DNA from: Macrostomum lignano
Lineage: Eukaryota
DNA length: 64,000 bases
Reading direction: 5' to 3'
Assembly (NCBI GenBank): GCA_002269645.1
Contig: NIVC01003998.1
Span: 1 to 64,000, forward strand
Part shown: in pieces, positions 46,470-59,040 of the stretch
How positions within the stretch are numbered: position 1 is the stretch's first letter
Layout: each line of letters opens with the position of its first letter
Position numbers and translations under genes: made by a program
The notes under the pieces: model-generated
Databases searched by the model: none
Told to the model about the DNA's origin: nothing
The model's input: only the letters and a program-made list of their open reading frames with translations

Positions 46470-47490
46470 ACAAACTCTTACCCAACTCTCAATGTACACA
46501 CGCTCTCTCCCGCAACAAGCTCCTACCCCACTTCGATTTACACACGCTCTCTCTCTCGCGACAAGCTCCTACCCTCACCCTCAATGTACACACGCTCTCT
46601 CTCGCGACAAGCTTCTACTCCCACCCTCTATGTACACACGCTCTCTCCCGCGACAAGCTCCTACCCTCACCCTCAATGTACACGCTCTCTCCCGCGACAA
46701 GCTCCTACCCTCACCCTCAATGTACACACGCTCTCTCCCGCGACAAGCTCCTACCCTCACCCTCAATGTACACGCTCTCTCCCGCGACAAGCTCCTACCC
46801 TCACCCTCAATGTACACACGCTCTCTCCCGCGACAAGCTCCTACCCTCACCCTCAATGTACACACGCTCTCTCTCGCGACAAGCTTCTACTCCCACCCTC
46901 TATGTACAGACGCTCTCTCCCGCGACAAGCTCCTACCCTCACCCTCAATGTACACACGCTCTCTCTCGCGACAAGCTTCTACTCCCACCCTCTATGTACA
47001 CACACTCTCTCCCGCGACAAGCTCCTACCCTCACCCTCAATGTACACGCTCTCTCCCGCGACAAGCTCCTACCCTCACCCTCAATGTACACACGCTCTCT
47101 CTCGCGACAAGCTTCTACTCCCACCCTCTATGTACACACGCTCTCTCCCGCGACAAGCTCCTACCCTCACCCTCAATGTACACACGCTCTCTCTCGCGAC
47201 AAGCTTCTACTCCCACCCTCTATGTACACACGCTCTCTCCCGCGACAAGCTCCTACCCTCACCCTCAATGTACACACGCTCTCTCCCGCGACAAGCTCCT
47301 ACCCTCACCCTTAATGTACACACGCTCTCTCTCGCGACAAGCTTCTACTCCTGCACCCTCTATGTACACACGCTCTCTCCCGCGACAAGCTCCTACCCTC
47401 ACCCTCAATGTACACGCTCTCTCCCGCGACAAGCTCCTACCCTCACCCTCAATGTACACGCTCTCTCCCGCGACAAACTCTTACCCAAGC
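46470..47490. repeat. 44-46-bp minisatellite
   Basis: CAATGTACACACGCTCTCTCCCGCGACAAGCTCCTACCCTCACCCT, about 22 copies in two alternating variants. Confidence 0.97.
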
Positions 47491-48048
47491 CCTAATGTAA
47501 CAATCCTCTTCCCGGCTACCAATTTTTCATTGACGCCTTAATTTACAAAGCTGGTAATAATAGCGAGAAAACCAAGAACAGTAGTTGCATTTTATATAGC
47601 TGAAACTATACATAATATCGACGGAAAAACTAAGGGGTTACAAATTTAAATAAAATAACTAGAAATTTGTATGAAAATCAAGTTATGCTAAGTATACAAA
47701 CAAAGCAATTTAAGGTAATTATTAAAATTATTTTCCATTGGCTTATAAACCATCAGCACTCTAACTTCAAAGTCTAATCAAATCCCAAGACAGAACTAGC
47801 AAAGGAAGACTCCTGAATTAATTCCAGTGCAGATGCACTTTTGGTTAGCTGGCCCCCATGAACAGCTTTAGACATAAACCGCAAAAAATAGAATTAATAA
47901 TAGCAGTAAGACAAAAGGCAAACAGAAAACAAAAAATATTTTACGAGTATATTATGAATATTTATATATACCGGATATATACGCTTTTTATTGGTAAACA
48001 TTATTATAGTAAACCCGGTAGTGTCTGCTCCGCACTGCGTCTACGACT

Positions 48049-49386
48049 CTACGCAGTCGCCTCCGCTTCCGCCTCTTCAGTAGCACGAAGCGGCGCCGAT
48101 TCGTCGTCTGGAGCCGAAGCGTCACCGGCGCCTTTCTGTTTGGGGACCTCCTGTTTGGGATAGGCGGTGTCCGGTAGGCTGCCCGGCTGCGGCGGTTGTA
48201 GGTTCACGCAAGGCGAAGCCGACTGAAGAAATTTGCGCACAGTTTAGAGAATTACTACTGCTGCTACTACTGTTAGTAGGGTGAGTGCAAATTTACACGC
48301 ATTCACTCAACCCGATTAAGCCTATACAATATTAAATATTAACTCACGTCTCTGTCCCGATTCTTCATCAGGTGATAAGCGCACACAAGCAGCAGGATGG
48401 CAATGCCCAGCATCAGCAGGCTGAGCAGCAGGAATACGATGCCGAAAATGCCCGGAATTCTGCAAACAGGGACATTGGGGTGTGCATGTGAATTTTAACT
48501 ACCACACCTTAAACCATCTGCTAACCCGCCCGCCAGCTAACACCCTAACCCGCCCGCCAGCTAACACCCTAACCCACCAGCCAGCTCACACCCTAACCCA
48601 CCCGCCACACCCTAACCCACCCACCAGCTAACACCCTAACCCACCCACCAGCTAACACCCTAACCCACCCGTCAGCTAACACCCTAACCTACCCGCCAGC
48701 TAACACCCTAACCCACCCGCCAGCTAACACCCTAACCCACCCGTCAGCTAACACCCTAACCTACCCGCCAGCTAACACCCTAACCCACCCGCCAGCTAAC
48801 ACCCTAACCCACCCGCCAGCTAACACCCTAACCCACCCGCCAGCTAACACCCTAACCCACCCGCCAGCTAACACCCTAACCTACCCGCCAGCTAACACCC
48901 TAACCCACCCGCCAGCTAACACCCTAACCCACCCGCCAGCTAACACCCTAACCCACCCGCCAGCTAACACCCTAACCCACCCGCCAGCTAACACCCTAAC
49001 TCACCCGCCAGCTAACACCCTAACTCACCCGCCAGCCCACTCTAACCCATCGCAGACCTTTTCCACGTATTAGACGACAGGTGGCCCTTGAAAAAGTGGA
49101 CCAGCAGAGCTCCAACCAGCAGGATAACGATGCCAATTCCGGCCAAAATAGCGCCGGCCTTACAAAATCGCTTCATTCGCACGCTGTACCGCTCCAGAGC
49201 CTGGTTCAGCAGTTGCGCACCGCCAGCCGCCGCAGCCTGCGTACCGGATGCGCTGGCCCCGGCGCCAGCCCCAGTTTTGCCTCCACCACCCGAGCCGTCA
49301 AATCCGGCGGTGGCCATGACGGCCGCCTTGGCGTTATCGTCCAGCTTTGGCTTCGCTCCCGGGGCTGATTTCTTCTTGCCGAACAT
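48049..49386 (-). CDS. 204-aa two-transmembrane protein of unknown family (exons 49386-49058, 48459-48348, 48222-48049)
   Basis: Phase-consistent GT-AG junctions. TM1 AILAGIGIVILLVGALLVHFF; TM2 IFGIVFLLLSLLMLGIAILLLVCAY; acidic, Pro-rich tail. Confidence 0.85.
48530..49040. repeat. 24-bp minisatellite containing CCCTAA, in intron 1 of the 2-TM gene
   Basis: GCTAACACCCTAACCCACCCGCCA, about 21 copies. Confidence 0.97.
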
Positions 49387-49449
49387 CTTCTAATGGCTAC
49401 GCGACGGTGTGTGGGCTGCAAATGAGGGCAGTAGTCCGGTTCAGAGTGC

Positions 49450-49860
49450 GGGTGAATCTCAGGGTGAGAGGGTGAATCTCAGGATGAGAGGGTAAATCTT
49501 AGAACAAGACGAATCTTAGAGAGGGCCAATCTCAGAGCGAGACGGTGAATCTCAGAATGAGAGAGTGAATCTCACAGTGAGAGAATGAATCACAAAACAA
49601 AGGGTGACTGGGTGAGTCTCAGAGTGAGAGCGTGAATCTCAGTGAGATCGAGAATCTCAGAGTGGGAGAGTGAGTCTCACAGTGAGAGTGAATATCAGTG
49701 AGATCGAGAATCTCAGAATGAGAGGGGGAATCCCAGAGTGAGACAGTGAAGCTCAGAGTGAGATAGAGAACCTCAGAGTAAGACGCTGAGTTTCAGAGCG
49801 AGAGGCTGGGTCTCAGAGCGAGACAGTGAATCTGAGATTGAGGGTGAGTCTCAGAGTAAG
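49450..49860. repeat. Degenerate tandem repeat built on GTGAATCTCAGAGTGAGA
   Basis: Recurrent motif with drift. Confidence 0.7.
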
Positions 49861-50495
49861 GGCGACACCTAATGATGCTTTATGAGTGAATAGGTGAGTG
49901 AGTGGCCATAAGAGTAGCCAGGAGTAGATAAAAATTGCATACCATGCCGCAGAAGTTAACTGGCAACAGTAAGGCAGTGTTAGAAATCATTGCAACCAAA
50001 ATGTGATTAAAAAAATCTAATACGCTTATTATTCAAAGCCTCTTGTTGGTTTTGTTGAGCAGTGGGCGCACAATGGATCGTACATTGCGATTTGAAGTAC
50101 TTTATGAAAAGAAAGTTCTCTCAAAATAGCCATAGCTTTTAGGCGCTTTCTGTTGAATAAAATTAATGAAAAAACAAGTAAACATTTTTGTTTTAAACGT
50201 ACCGTAAAATATAATGACAATACAAAGGAAGCACGGCAGACCCTTTTATTGGGTTTCACACTAAACTGAAAATGTTATTCACACTCGTATCTTTTGCACC
50301 AATCGATATTTACTACTGATATCTACTACTGTTAGTAGTGAAAAATAATGGAGAACTACATTTTTAATAATTATTCGTGAAAGGTCCGAGCAAAAAAGCA
50401 CTCGATAGTTCCGGGCTAAGAAACGAAAGAAAGCGCGCGAAAATGATGACGATTGCAACTTTGTGGGCGGCGGGCGAAACGAAATCAAATGGAGC

Positions 50496-52425
50496 TTATC
50501 GATTTGCACCGCTGGCCACTAGCCAACTGGCCAATTTCAACAGCAGGTAAGTTCCCAAAGCCGAGTACAGCGCCATCTCCAGTTGACGCCGCTTCCGGCT
50601 CTCGGACTCCAGCGCTTCAACGCGACGCTGCAGTTTGGCCAGCTTGGAGGCCGCCAGAGCTGTCGGCGCCACTGTTGCGTCATCGTCCAACTCGTAGATG
50701 CTGTTGCTGGGCGGCGAGGCCGGACGCTGCCGGCTGCTCAGCCTGCGGCGCTTCTTCTTGCCTGCGGCCATTCTTTAGATGGCGATGGATTGATTATTAA
50801 AATGGGGATGGGGCGATTTTTGAGATGGGGATGGGGCACTTCTTGAGGAGGGGATGGAGCCATTCTTGAGGAGGGGATGGGGCACTTCTTGAGGAGGGGA
50901 TGGGGCACTTCTTGAGGAGGGGATGGGGCCATTCTTGAGATGGGGATGGGGCCATTCTTGAGATGGGTGTGGGGCGATTCTTGAGATTAGGATGGGGCCA
51001 TTCTTGAGGAGGGGATGGGGCCATTCTTGAGATTGGGATGGGGCACTTCTTGAGGAGGGGATGGGGCACTTCTTGAGGAGGGGATGGGGCACTTCTTGAG
51101 GAGGGATGAGGCCATTCTTGAGATGGGGATGGGGCACTTCTTGAGATGGGGATGGGGCCATTCTTGAGGAGGGGATGGGGCACTTCTTGAGGAGGGGATG
51201 GGGCCATTCTTGAGGAGGGGATGGGGCACTTCTTGAGGAGGGGATGGGGCACTTCTTGAGGAGGGGATGGGGCACTTCTTGAGGAGGGATGAGGCCATTC
51301 TTGAGGAGGGATGAGGCCATTCTTGAGATGGGGATGGGGCCATTCTTGAGGAGGGGATGGGGCCATTCTTGAGGAGGGGATGGGGCCATTCTTGAGGAGG
51401 GGATGGGGAACTTCTTGAGGAGGGGATGGGGCACTTCTTGAGGAGGGGATGGGGCACTTCTTGAGGAGGGGATGGGGCACTTCTTGAGGAGGGGATGGGG
51501 CACTTCTTGAGGAGGGATGAGGCCATTCTTGAGATGGGGATGGGGCACTTCTTGAGATGGGGATGGGGCCATTCTTGAGGAGGGGATGGGGCCATTCTTG
51601 AGGAGGGGATGGGGCCATTCTTGAGGAGGGGATGGGGCCATTCTTGAGGAGGGGATGGGGCCATTCTTGAGATGGGGATGAGGCCATTCTTGAGATGGGT
51701 GTGGGGCGATTCTTGAGATGGGTGTGGGGCGATTCTTGAGATGGGTGTGGGGCGATTCTTGAGATTGGGATGGGGCCATTCTTGAGATGGGGATGGGGCC
51801 ATTCTTGAGATGGGGATGGGGCCATTCTTGAGATGGGGATGGGGCCATTCTTGAGATGGGGATGGGGCCATTCTTGAGATGGGTGTGGGGCGATTATTGA
51901 GATGGGTGTGAGGCGATTATTGAGATGGGTGTGGGGCGATTATTGAGATGGGGGTGGGGCGATTCTATTTATCTTGGAAAAAAACCCATAAGAGGTTTAA
52001 ATTCAGCAGGCAGTCAATTAGCAATCATGCGAGCATTGAACTCACAAGCTGCTCTCATCGGAGGCTGGGAAGTCCGGATACCGCACCTTGTCCAGAGTGA
52101 TGGTGGCTGGCGGTGTATCAATAGTCAGAGCCGGGTCCGCAAGCTTAGCCCCGCCGCCCGCGTCAGCCCTGGCGTCGCTATAGTAACTACGATAAGTATT
52201 GTTAAAATCGTCGGCTGGCGCGGGTTCAAAAGTAGCTAGCAGTCGATCCGGCACGCTCATCAAATCGAGAGCGCCGAGAAACGCGGGCTGTTGCTGTGCG
52301 GCACGGCTGAAGCCGCCATCAGTGTCAGTGTGGAGGGCTTCATAATCCCTGTCTGCCATTGGGCCCAGCCTATCTGGTATGCGCATTTGGCGACTGATGT
52401 CTTCGGTAAATTGTCCGCTGTCCAT
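50496..52425 (-). CDS. MFF: Mitochondrial fission factor (MFF/Tango11) orthologue (exons 52425-52046 and 50772-50496; 218 aa)
   Basis: N-terminal repeats FTEDISRQMRIPDRL and MSVPDRLL, TPPATITLD motif, coiled coil KLQRRVEALE, tail anchor RQLEMALYSALGTYLLLKLASWL. Phase-2 junction TT|GTGAGT...AAG|A. Confidence 0.9.
50800..51965. repeat. 22-23-bp G-rich minisatellite filling the MFF intron
   Basis: ATTCTTGAGGAGGGGATGGGGCC units. Confidence 0.97.
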
Positions 52426-53804
52426 GGGCCACCAGCTGTGAGAAGAATTTGCATTATTATATGTAAATTTTAGGTTGCATCTTATTAACCATCTTCCAAA
52501 CTTAGCACACTGTTAATCATAAAAGTCCAAGAGAGGTCCAAAAAATTGCACTCTTTGGACTTGCAATTGCAAAAAGGTCCATTTTACAAAAAAGAATGAT
52601 ATGCTAATTTAGTATTTTTTGCTTTTCTAAAACTATGAACAACAAAACAAATTCACTGTAGAAACTTTTGCAGCAGCCACTTTTTATAATCTTTAAGGCA
52701 AGAGAAATGCTACTTGGCATTATAAAAATATTGCATTGTGAGATAGTAATCAGTAGTTTGTTGTTATACATGTTTAAAATGCTCTGAAAGACATTCAGAC
52801 AACATGATAACTTATATTTTAGTCTATTTTGCATTCAACTTGCAACATGTACCTATGGGGTTCTATTAAAGCTATGCCAGTAATTTAGCAGTTTTGTTGA
52901 CTTTGTTTTGCAGTGCTATTTATATAATTGTTTATATAATGGTTAAAAATATGAAAATAATCCTAAAATTGCTAAATATCTAAATAGCTAAATGATGCCA
53001 GCAATAACTCTACATAGCCTAGATAAACTATAAAGCATAGTAAAGAACATTAATAGCATAGTAAACAAATTACTAACCTTATTTTCAAAATCATATCAAC
53101 TTTAATTTTTATACTACATGGTTTGGTTTTTGTCACATTTGCCAATAAGGAATTTTTAAGTTACTAAAAAATTATTAACTATTTAGTGATCATTTGAATA
53201 TATATTTTATTTCCTGCTTCTTTTTTTAAATAAACCATTTTTAGTCACTACATAAACCCCAAGAATCATCTTTTGTTTTCCTTAGAATTGCTTTTAAATA
53301 TCCCTCAAAATCACCCAACACCCTTAAACATTCCTTAGAATTTCCCCTAAATATTCCTTAGAATCACGTTTAAATATTTTTCAGAATAGAATCAATCCCA
53401 TTAAAAAATCTCCTTAGGTCCTTACATTAAGTAACTTAACCTCCTATTTTATTTCTTATACCCTAGTGGTTGGCTTTAAACTAAATATAATTAGGACTTG
53501 GGTTAAAGCTAAGGGCCTATATAAAAATGAAGTTTCAATTTGAAATTAGCACTATCAAAAACCTTTATAGAGACAACCCATTTACTTACTCTTATATTTT
53601 ATTATTTATATTAAGTTTGCTAGGTAGATTTAGACTGTCTTAAATTCAAAGTAGTTTGATATCTTTATCTTATCATTTACTTTTTTAAAAATCAATCATT
53701 TATAAATAAAAATATCTATAAACTTACTTTTAATATATGGGAATTACTTGTCTAGAGACAATATATTTACCAATACAATATATTTATATACACTATTATT
53801 CTAT

Positions 53805-54710
53805 AGGCTGGATCATGCTAGGTGCATGCCTAAACAAAAACTTATAATTTGTAACAATTTGGTATTATAAATATACCAAAAAAATTAAATGCATGTCTAT
53901 ATTCTCAAATCTAGGCTAGTGTTACAATAATAATTGACCTTTTTTCACTTTCAACAATTCAAAAATAAATAACCTTTTTTGAATTGTGTAACCATAAAGG
54001 ACCCTTTTTGGCTAATAATTCAGTTGATTATTTAACTTTCTTTCTTGTCTATATAGTATTATTTATACCACACTTAGAGACACAACCACCATTTCTATAA
54101 GTTTTTGGATTATAGACATGGCCATCATGTTTCTAATAGTGCTTAAGTCTATACTTATAGACATGGCTAGGCTACTATATCTATATTAGAACTTATAGAC
54201 ATAGCAAATCAGTGACTGTGTCCATACAATAAAAAATGCATCTTATACTAGAGACAGCAGCCATGTCTACAATACCTACACATTTATTGCCATAATTTAT
54301 AGCAACAGTAGTTACCATGTATGCTTAACATTAGGGCCTATAGACATTGCAGCTATGCTTATATGCTCCAACATTATAGAACTAGCCACTGTGTCTAAAA
54401 GTATTCCATATTATTTACAATGCAAAAAAATCAATATGTAAAAACATTTTTTAAGTTTTTTATTATAAACTTAAAACTGGAAAGCTTAAATTGAAATTTA
54501 TTTTTAAAAATAAACTTTTCAATCTTTTTCCACTTAACACTAGGCCCCAACTTTTTTGCCTGATTGTATACATTGCATGCTAGGCTTCTAGGTATGCATG
54601 CAAATTATTTTCCTACAAATCATGCATGCCAAGTGTGTATACCTAACTTTTGGCCTGCAAAGCCAATGCATACCTAAATTTTCAGGTGTATGTTACATGA
54701 TCCAGACTGT
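53805..54710. mobile_element. Decayed MITE-like element containing CpG-eroded palindromic repeats
   Basis: Termini AGGCTGGATCATG and CATGATCCAGACT; the interior matches 19198-19262 after CpG loss. Confidence 0.5.
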
Positions 54711-56260
54711 GGTTATTATTATTAGTCTGAAAAGTTAATTATTATATGATAATTAAAATTAATCATTTAAAAGTTATTAGGCCTATTTTTATTATTTAAT
54801 ATATAGAAGGCCTCTTTTATTCTTTATTTGTATGTGAAAATCTAAATTTCTATGCCATTTTAAAATTTGTGTGTTCTAAGAAAAACAATTTAATTTTCTG
54901 TTTGAATATGAACAGTACTAACTTAAAATGACAAAAAACGATAATAATAGTATGACATGGAAACCTTTGTAGCATTTATAAAAGCATGAAATTGAAATTG
55001 TGCCAAGGCGTGTAAGAAAGTGAAGCAACAACTGTCTTTTAGCAATTGTCTATGGTTAAAACTGCAAGGATATCACTAGAAAACTAGAAGGGGGTATAAA
55101 AAATAATTTATAAGTCTTCTTAAGTTTTTAGTCAGCTTGCTAAAAAACATACAATTATATTCAATGACATAGATGGTTGCCCTGCAGCACCTACATTTAT
55201 GGTACCCCCTAGGCAAGTGCGTCTTGCACTAGAGCTATGCCACTATTATGACAACACCTTGAGACATTATCAACTAAATGGCAACATACCATGTATCTTA
55301 TTGAAAACTAATGGTGTCATGCTTGACATGCGGTAGAGGTGGCGCTGGCAATATAATGGCAACACAAATGCCATTGCAATGGCATATAGGCCCTAGGTAA
55401 GGTGACCAATTTTTGGATAGACTGGCATGGGCATGCACCAGCTGCTATACTCCCAAAGATGCTGTTTTGTGAGGAAAATTCTCGCATGCGATGCAACAAG
55501 GTCCCAGGCAGCTATATACAGCGTGCACAGCATGCAGCCAAGAGGCGGAAATTATTTTGGCATGCGCTGCGCAAATATTTTATTCACTCCACATTTTTGG
55601 TAACGACAAATTTTTTATTTTAAATTGAATGTCTCACGATAATAACACAATGTGCATAATGAGAGATCTTTTTGTGTATCTGCAATAAGGAAAACAATTT
55701 TTGTGTGATGCAAAACAATTTTCAGGCATTATAAAACAGTATATAATAAATACAAACTAAAGTATTTTGTAAGTATTTTTTTCGTTTTTATTTGAAAGTG
55801 TGTCTTGCATTAATTATTCAATGCAAAGCTTACTGCTTATGTAAATAGATCGGTAGATCTAGATCCCTTGCTGCCACTCACCTGTCCTAGTTTACTATGG
55901 TCAAATGGATAGTTTTTTTCTTTATTTGAATTTTAAATCTCTTGTTAAAAATTTAAATCAAAAAAATCTAAAATTTAAATTTAAAAAGTCATTTAGCTCG
56001 GCATGCATGGGGTGTATATGTGATTTGACCTCCCGCGTGCAGCGTGCAAGGGCAAAAATTATTTTCGCGTGCATTAAGCATACTCGGGACTATGGACCAG
56101 CTTTCATGCCCAGGTGTCAATTCAGAAAGGCTATTTTTTAAGCTAGTCATCTTATGCTGCAGTAGCAGCTAAGATACTTTGAAGCTAGTATCTCATTTGG
56201 TAGTTGGCTATAGTCATAGAAGCAAAGTAAGATGAGTGTTAACAACAATGCAACATTGGT

Positions 56261-56548
56261 CATAATGCTATTGTCAACTGGCAAAACTTCATCAGGGACA
56301 TCTGTTCTCAGTACCTAATTGACCATCCAGTGGAACTAGGTGGTCCTGGTAAAGATGTAGAGATAGACAAATCCTACTTCTTTCACCAAAAGTACTACCA
56401 AGGTGCCCACTGGCCTGGACAGTGGGTATTTGGCATGGTTGAACGTGGTACCAGGAAGTGTGTGATGATTGCTGTTCCTAGGCCCTAACCACACCGCTGC
56501 AATGCTGCTACCTTTGATTCAATGCCATGTTCTTCCTGGTACACATGT
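56261..56548 (+). pseudogene. Merlin (IS1016-like) DDE transposase relic
   Basis: VNWQNFIRDICSQYLIDHPVELGGPGKDVEIDKSYFFHQKYYQG...QWVFGMVERG...LLPLIQCHVLPGTHVIT matches the Merlin GGxGxxVEIDES...KY.RG...WVFG..ER...L.P.I...I.PGT pattern; truncated. Confidence 0.85.
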
Positions 56549-57502
56549 GATTACTGAGATATACATAGCCTCATAGGCCTAATAAAGGCAATCAAGAAAA
56601 AAGTCTGGCATTAAACAAATGATATAGGTTATGATATAGGTTAAACAAATGGTCTGGCAGAAATATAGGTATATGACGTAGCGAGTTCGATCGAGATGTG
56701 ATTACCGACTAGTTATTTATTTAATTATTTAATTATATTATTAGTAAAGAGACAAAACGCCAAGAAACTAACTCCGCTGTAGAAACAAAGTAGTAGTAGT
56801 AGTAAGAGAATTTGGCTCAGGCAATTAGCCTGTTTGGCCAATATATTATGGAGCTATGTATTTGGAAAAATTTTCGAAATAGAAGTTTATAAAGACGATT
56901 TGACGACGATTTGCCGCTCGAGTTAATAAAGTAGTAAGAGAATTTGGCTCAGGCAATTAGCCTGTTTGGCCAATATATTATAGAGCTATGTATTTGGAAT
57001 TTTCGAATATAGAAGTTTATAAAGACGATTTGACGACGATTTGCTGAGTTATTGTAAAAGATAAAGTATTTGAAAGCGCGCCAGAATTTTTACGGTATTT
57101 TTAGACGAAAAGTGACGACTAACAACTAACAACGAGTATAAATATTAATACAAAAATGAGTACAAATTACGAGGTATAGCTTTAATTGCGAGATTACTTT
57201 GGTAAGCGAGTTTGTAAAAAAAAAAAGATGTAGTATTTTTGAAAGCGCGTGATATTTCAAAGCGTGAAAAACGAACATAAACAATACTTCGAAAGAATTT
57301 TACTTTTAACGAATAACGACGATTTAAATATAGGAAATTAAAAAAGACAGTAAATGAATAAACAACTGAAAAGCGGATTTGTTACACTGCTGATGTATCT
57401 GATTCAGTTTGTTTAACTGTTTTAGCTATTCATGACTTCATATATTTTAGCTACACCAGTGAGCTCTTTTCTGACTCTTTTTTCATTTGTAGCATATCCT
57501 AT

Positions 57503-57800
57503 CCAAGGACTTCTAGACTAACAGGACGTAAAACTCAAAGATCGTGCAATTTTTTAGAGGCCACGATTTCCTGGAAAAAATACACTGCGAAGATAGGAAA
57601 AAATCAGTTTTTCGTCACAAAATCTGTGATTGTATTTGATCTGGGGCAGTGAAGACTACCATTCTTTTAATTTAACATGCACAATATGTTACTCTATTAT
57701 ATTTTCATATAGCTGTGTAGTGAAGTTTTCATTTTCATATTGTTTTCACTTTATTTCATAAGCCCAAAGTTGCGGGCTCACAGGTGGCATTAGCCAAACT
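57503..57800 (+). mobile_element. About 300-bp 3'-end copy of the same non-LTR element, in inverted orientation
   Basis: Near-identical reverse complement of 58260-58556. Confidence 0.85.
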
Positions 57801-58259
57801 TTTTGTGTTGTTCTTTTTAAAATAAAGTATAAAAACATTGCATGTAGGTACTCTTAGTCTTAAGCTATTATTGTAGGTTTAGTAACTATACTAATTCCTA
57901 GGCCTACTAGAACTAGTCCTATCACTACACTATCTAGCCTAATAAGTAATTAAATTTAGACAATGACTTAAAGATTAGTATATTTAGATTTTTTTATTAT
58001 ATATAGATTACCAATACATAGTTTCATATGGTTGGTTACCTAGGCTTGAGAAAGCTGTATTATCAGTTTTTAAGCCAAGCCTATATTTAGGACTAAGATT
58101 TAAGAAGAATAGACTTAATCACAAAAATAGGCCCTAACCATTTTTACTAGGTATCTATAAGAAAAAACATTGATTAGTTCTTTTATAATTTTTATTTTAA
58201 AGGCTAAAAATATTATTATATTACAAATTTGAATAGCTTTTCTTTTCTTGAATTTGATA

Positions 58260-59040
58260 TTTGGCTAATGCCACTTGTGAGTTTGCAACTTTGGGCTTAT
58301 GAAATAAAGTGAAAACAATATGAAAATGAAAACTTTACTACACAGCTATATGAAAATATAATAGAGTAACATATCGTGCATGTTAAATTAAAAGAATGGT
58401 AGTCTTCACTGCCCCAGATCAAATACAATCACAGATTTTGTGACGAAAAACTGATTTTTTCCTATCTTCGCAGTGTATTTTTTCCAGGAAATCGTGGCCT
58501 CCAAAAAATTGCACGATCTTTGAGTTTTACGTCCTGTTAGTCTAGAAGTCCTTGATCCTATCTTGTGTATTTGATTGCTATTTAAGAGGTATTGACAGAA
58601 GTATTTTTTCCTGATCTCTTCAGTTTGTGGACATTCGGTCAAGTAGTGTAGAATGTCAGAACCATTTCGCGCTCCACACATTTTACATGGTTCTTGAGAA
58701 AAAAAGTTGGGTGTAATCTCGCATTTCAGTTTTAGGAGGGTTGTTAAGAATTTTTTGTTTCTAAATGTACATGGAAAGAAATCTGAAAGGTCGGGCCTGT
58801 AGATTTTTTTGTAGAGATAGGCGTTTTTGTAGAGTTTAATATGTTGCTGATTCTCTAGCTTTTGGCTAAGTTCTCTTTCTCTGTGTATCTTGAGGTGCTT
58901 TTTCACTAGGTATTTCTCGTTATTAAAGCTTTGGGAAAGTTTATCTTCAGTTAGTGCTTTTAGGTCTATACTTTCTAGTTTCTTTAGTACATTCATTTTC
59001 CATGGATTTTTTTGGCCGGTGTTTGAGTAGAAAATTTCTA
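58260..59040 (-). mobile_element. 5'-truncated non-LTR retrotransposon: ORF2 C-terminus (58996-58406) plus 3' UTR
   Basis: C-terminal CCHC-type motif CKMCGARNGSDILHYLTECP followed by EEIRKKY, typical of LINE ORF2 ends. Confidence 0.75.
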
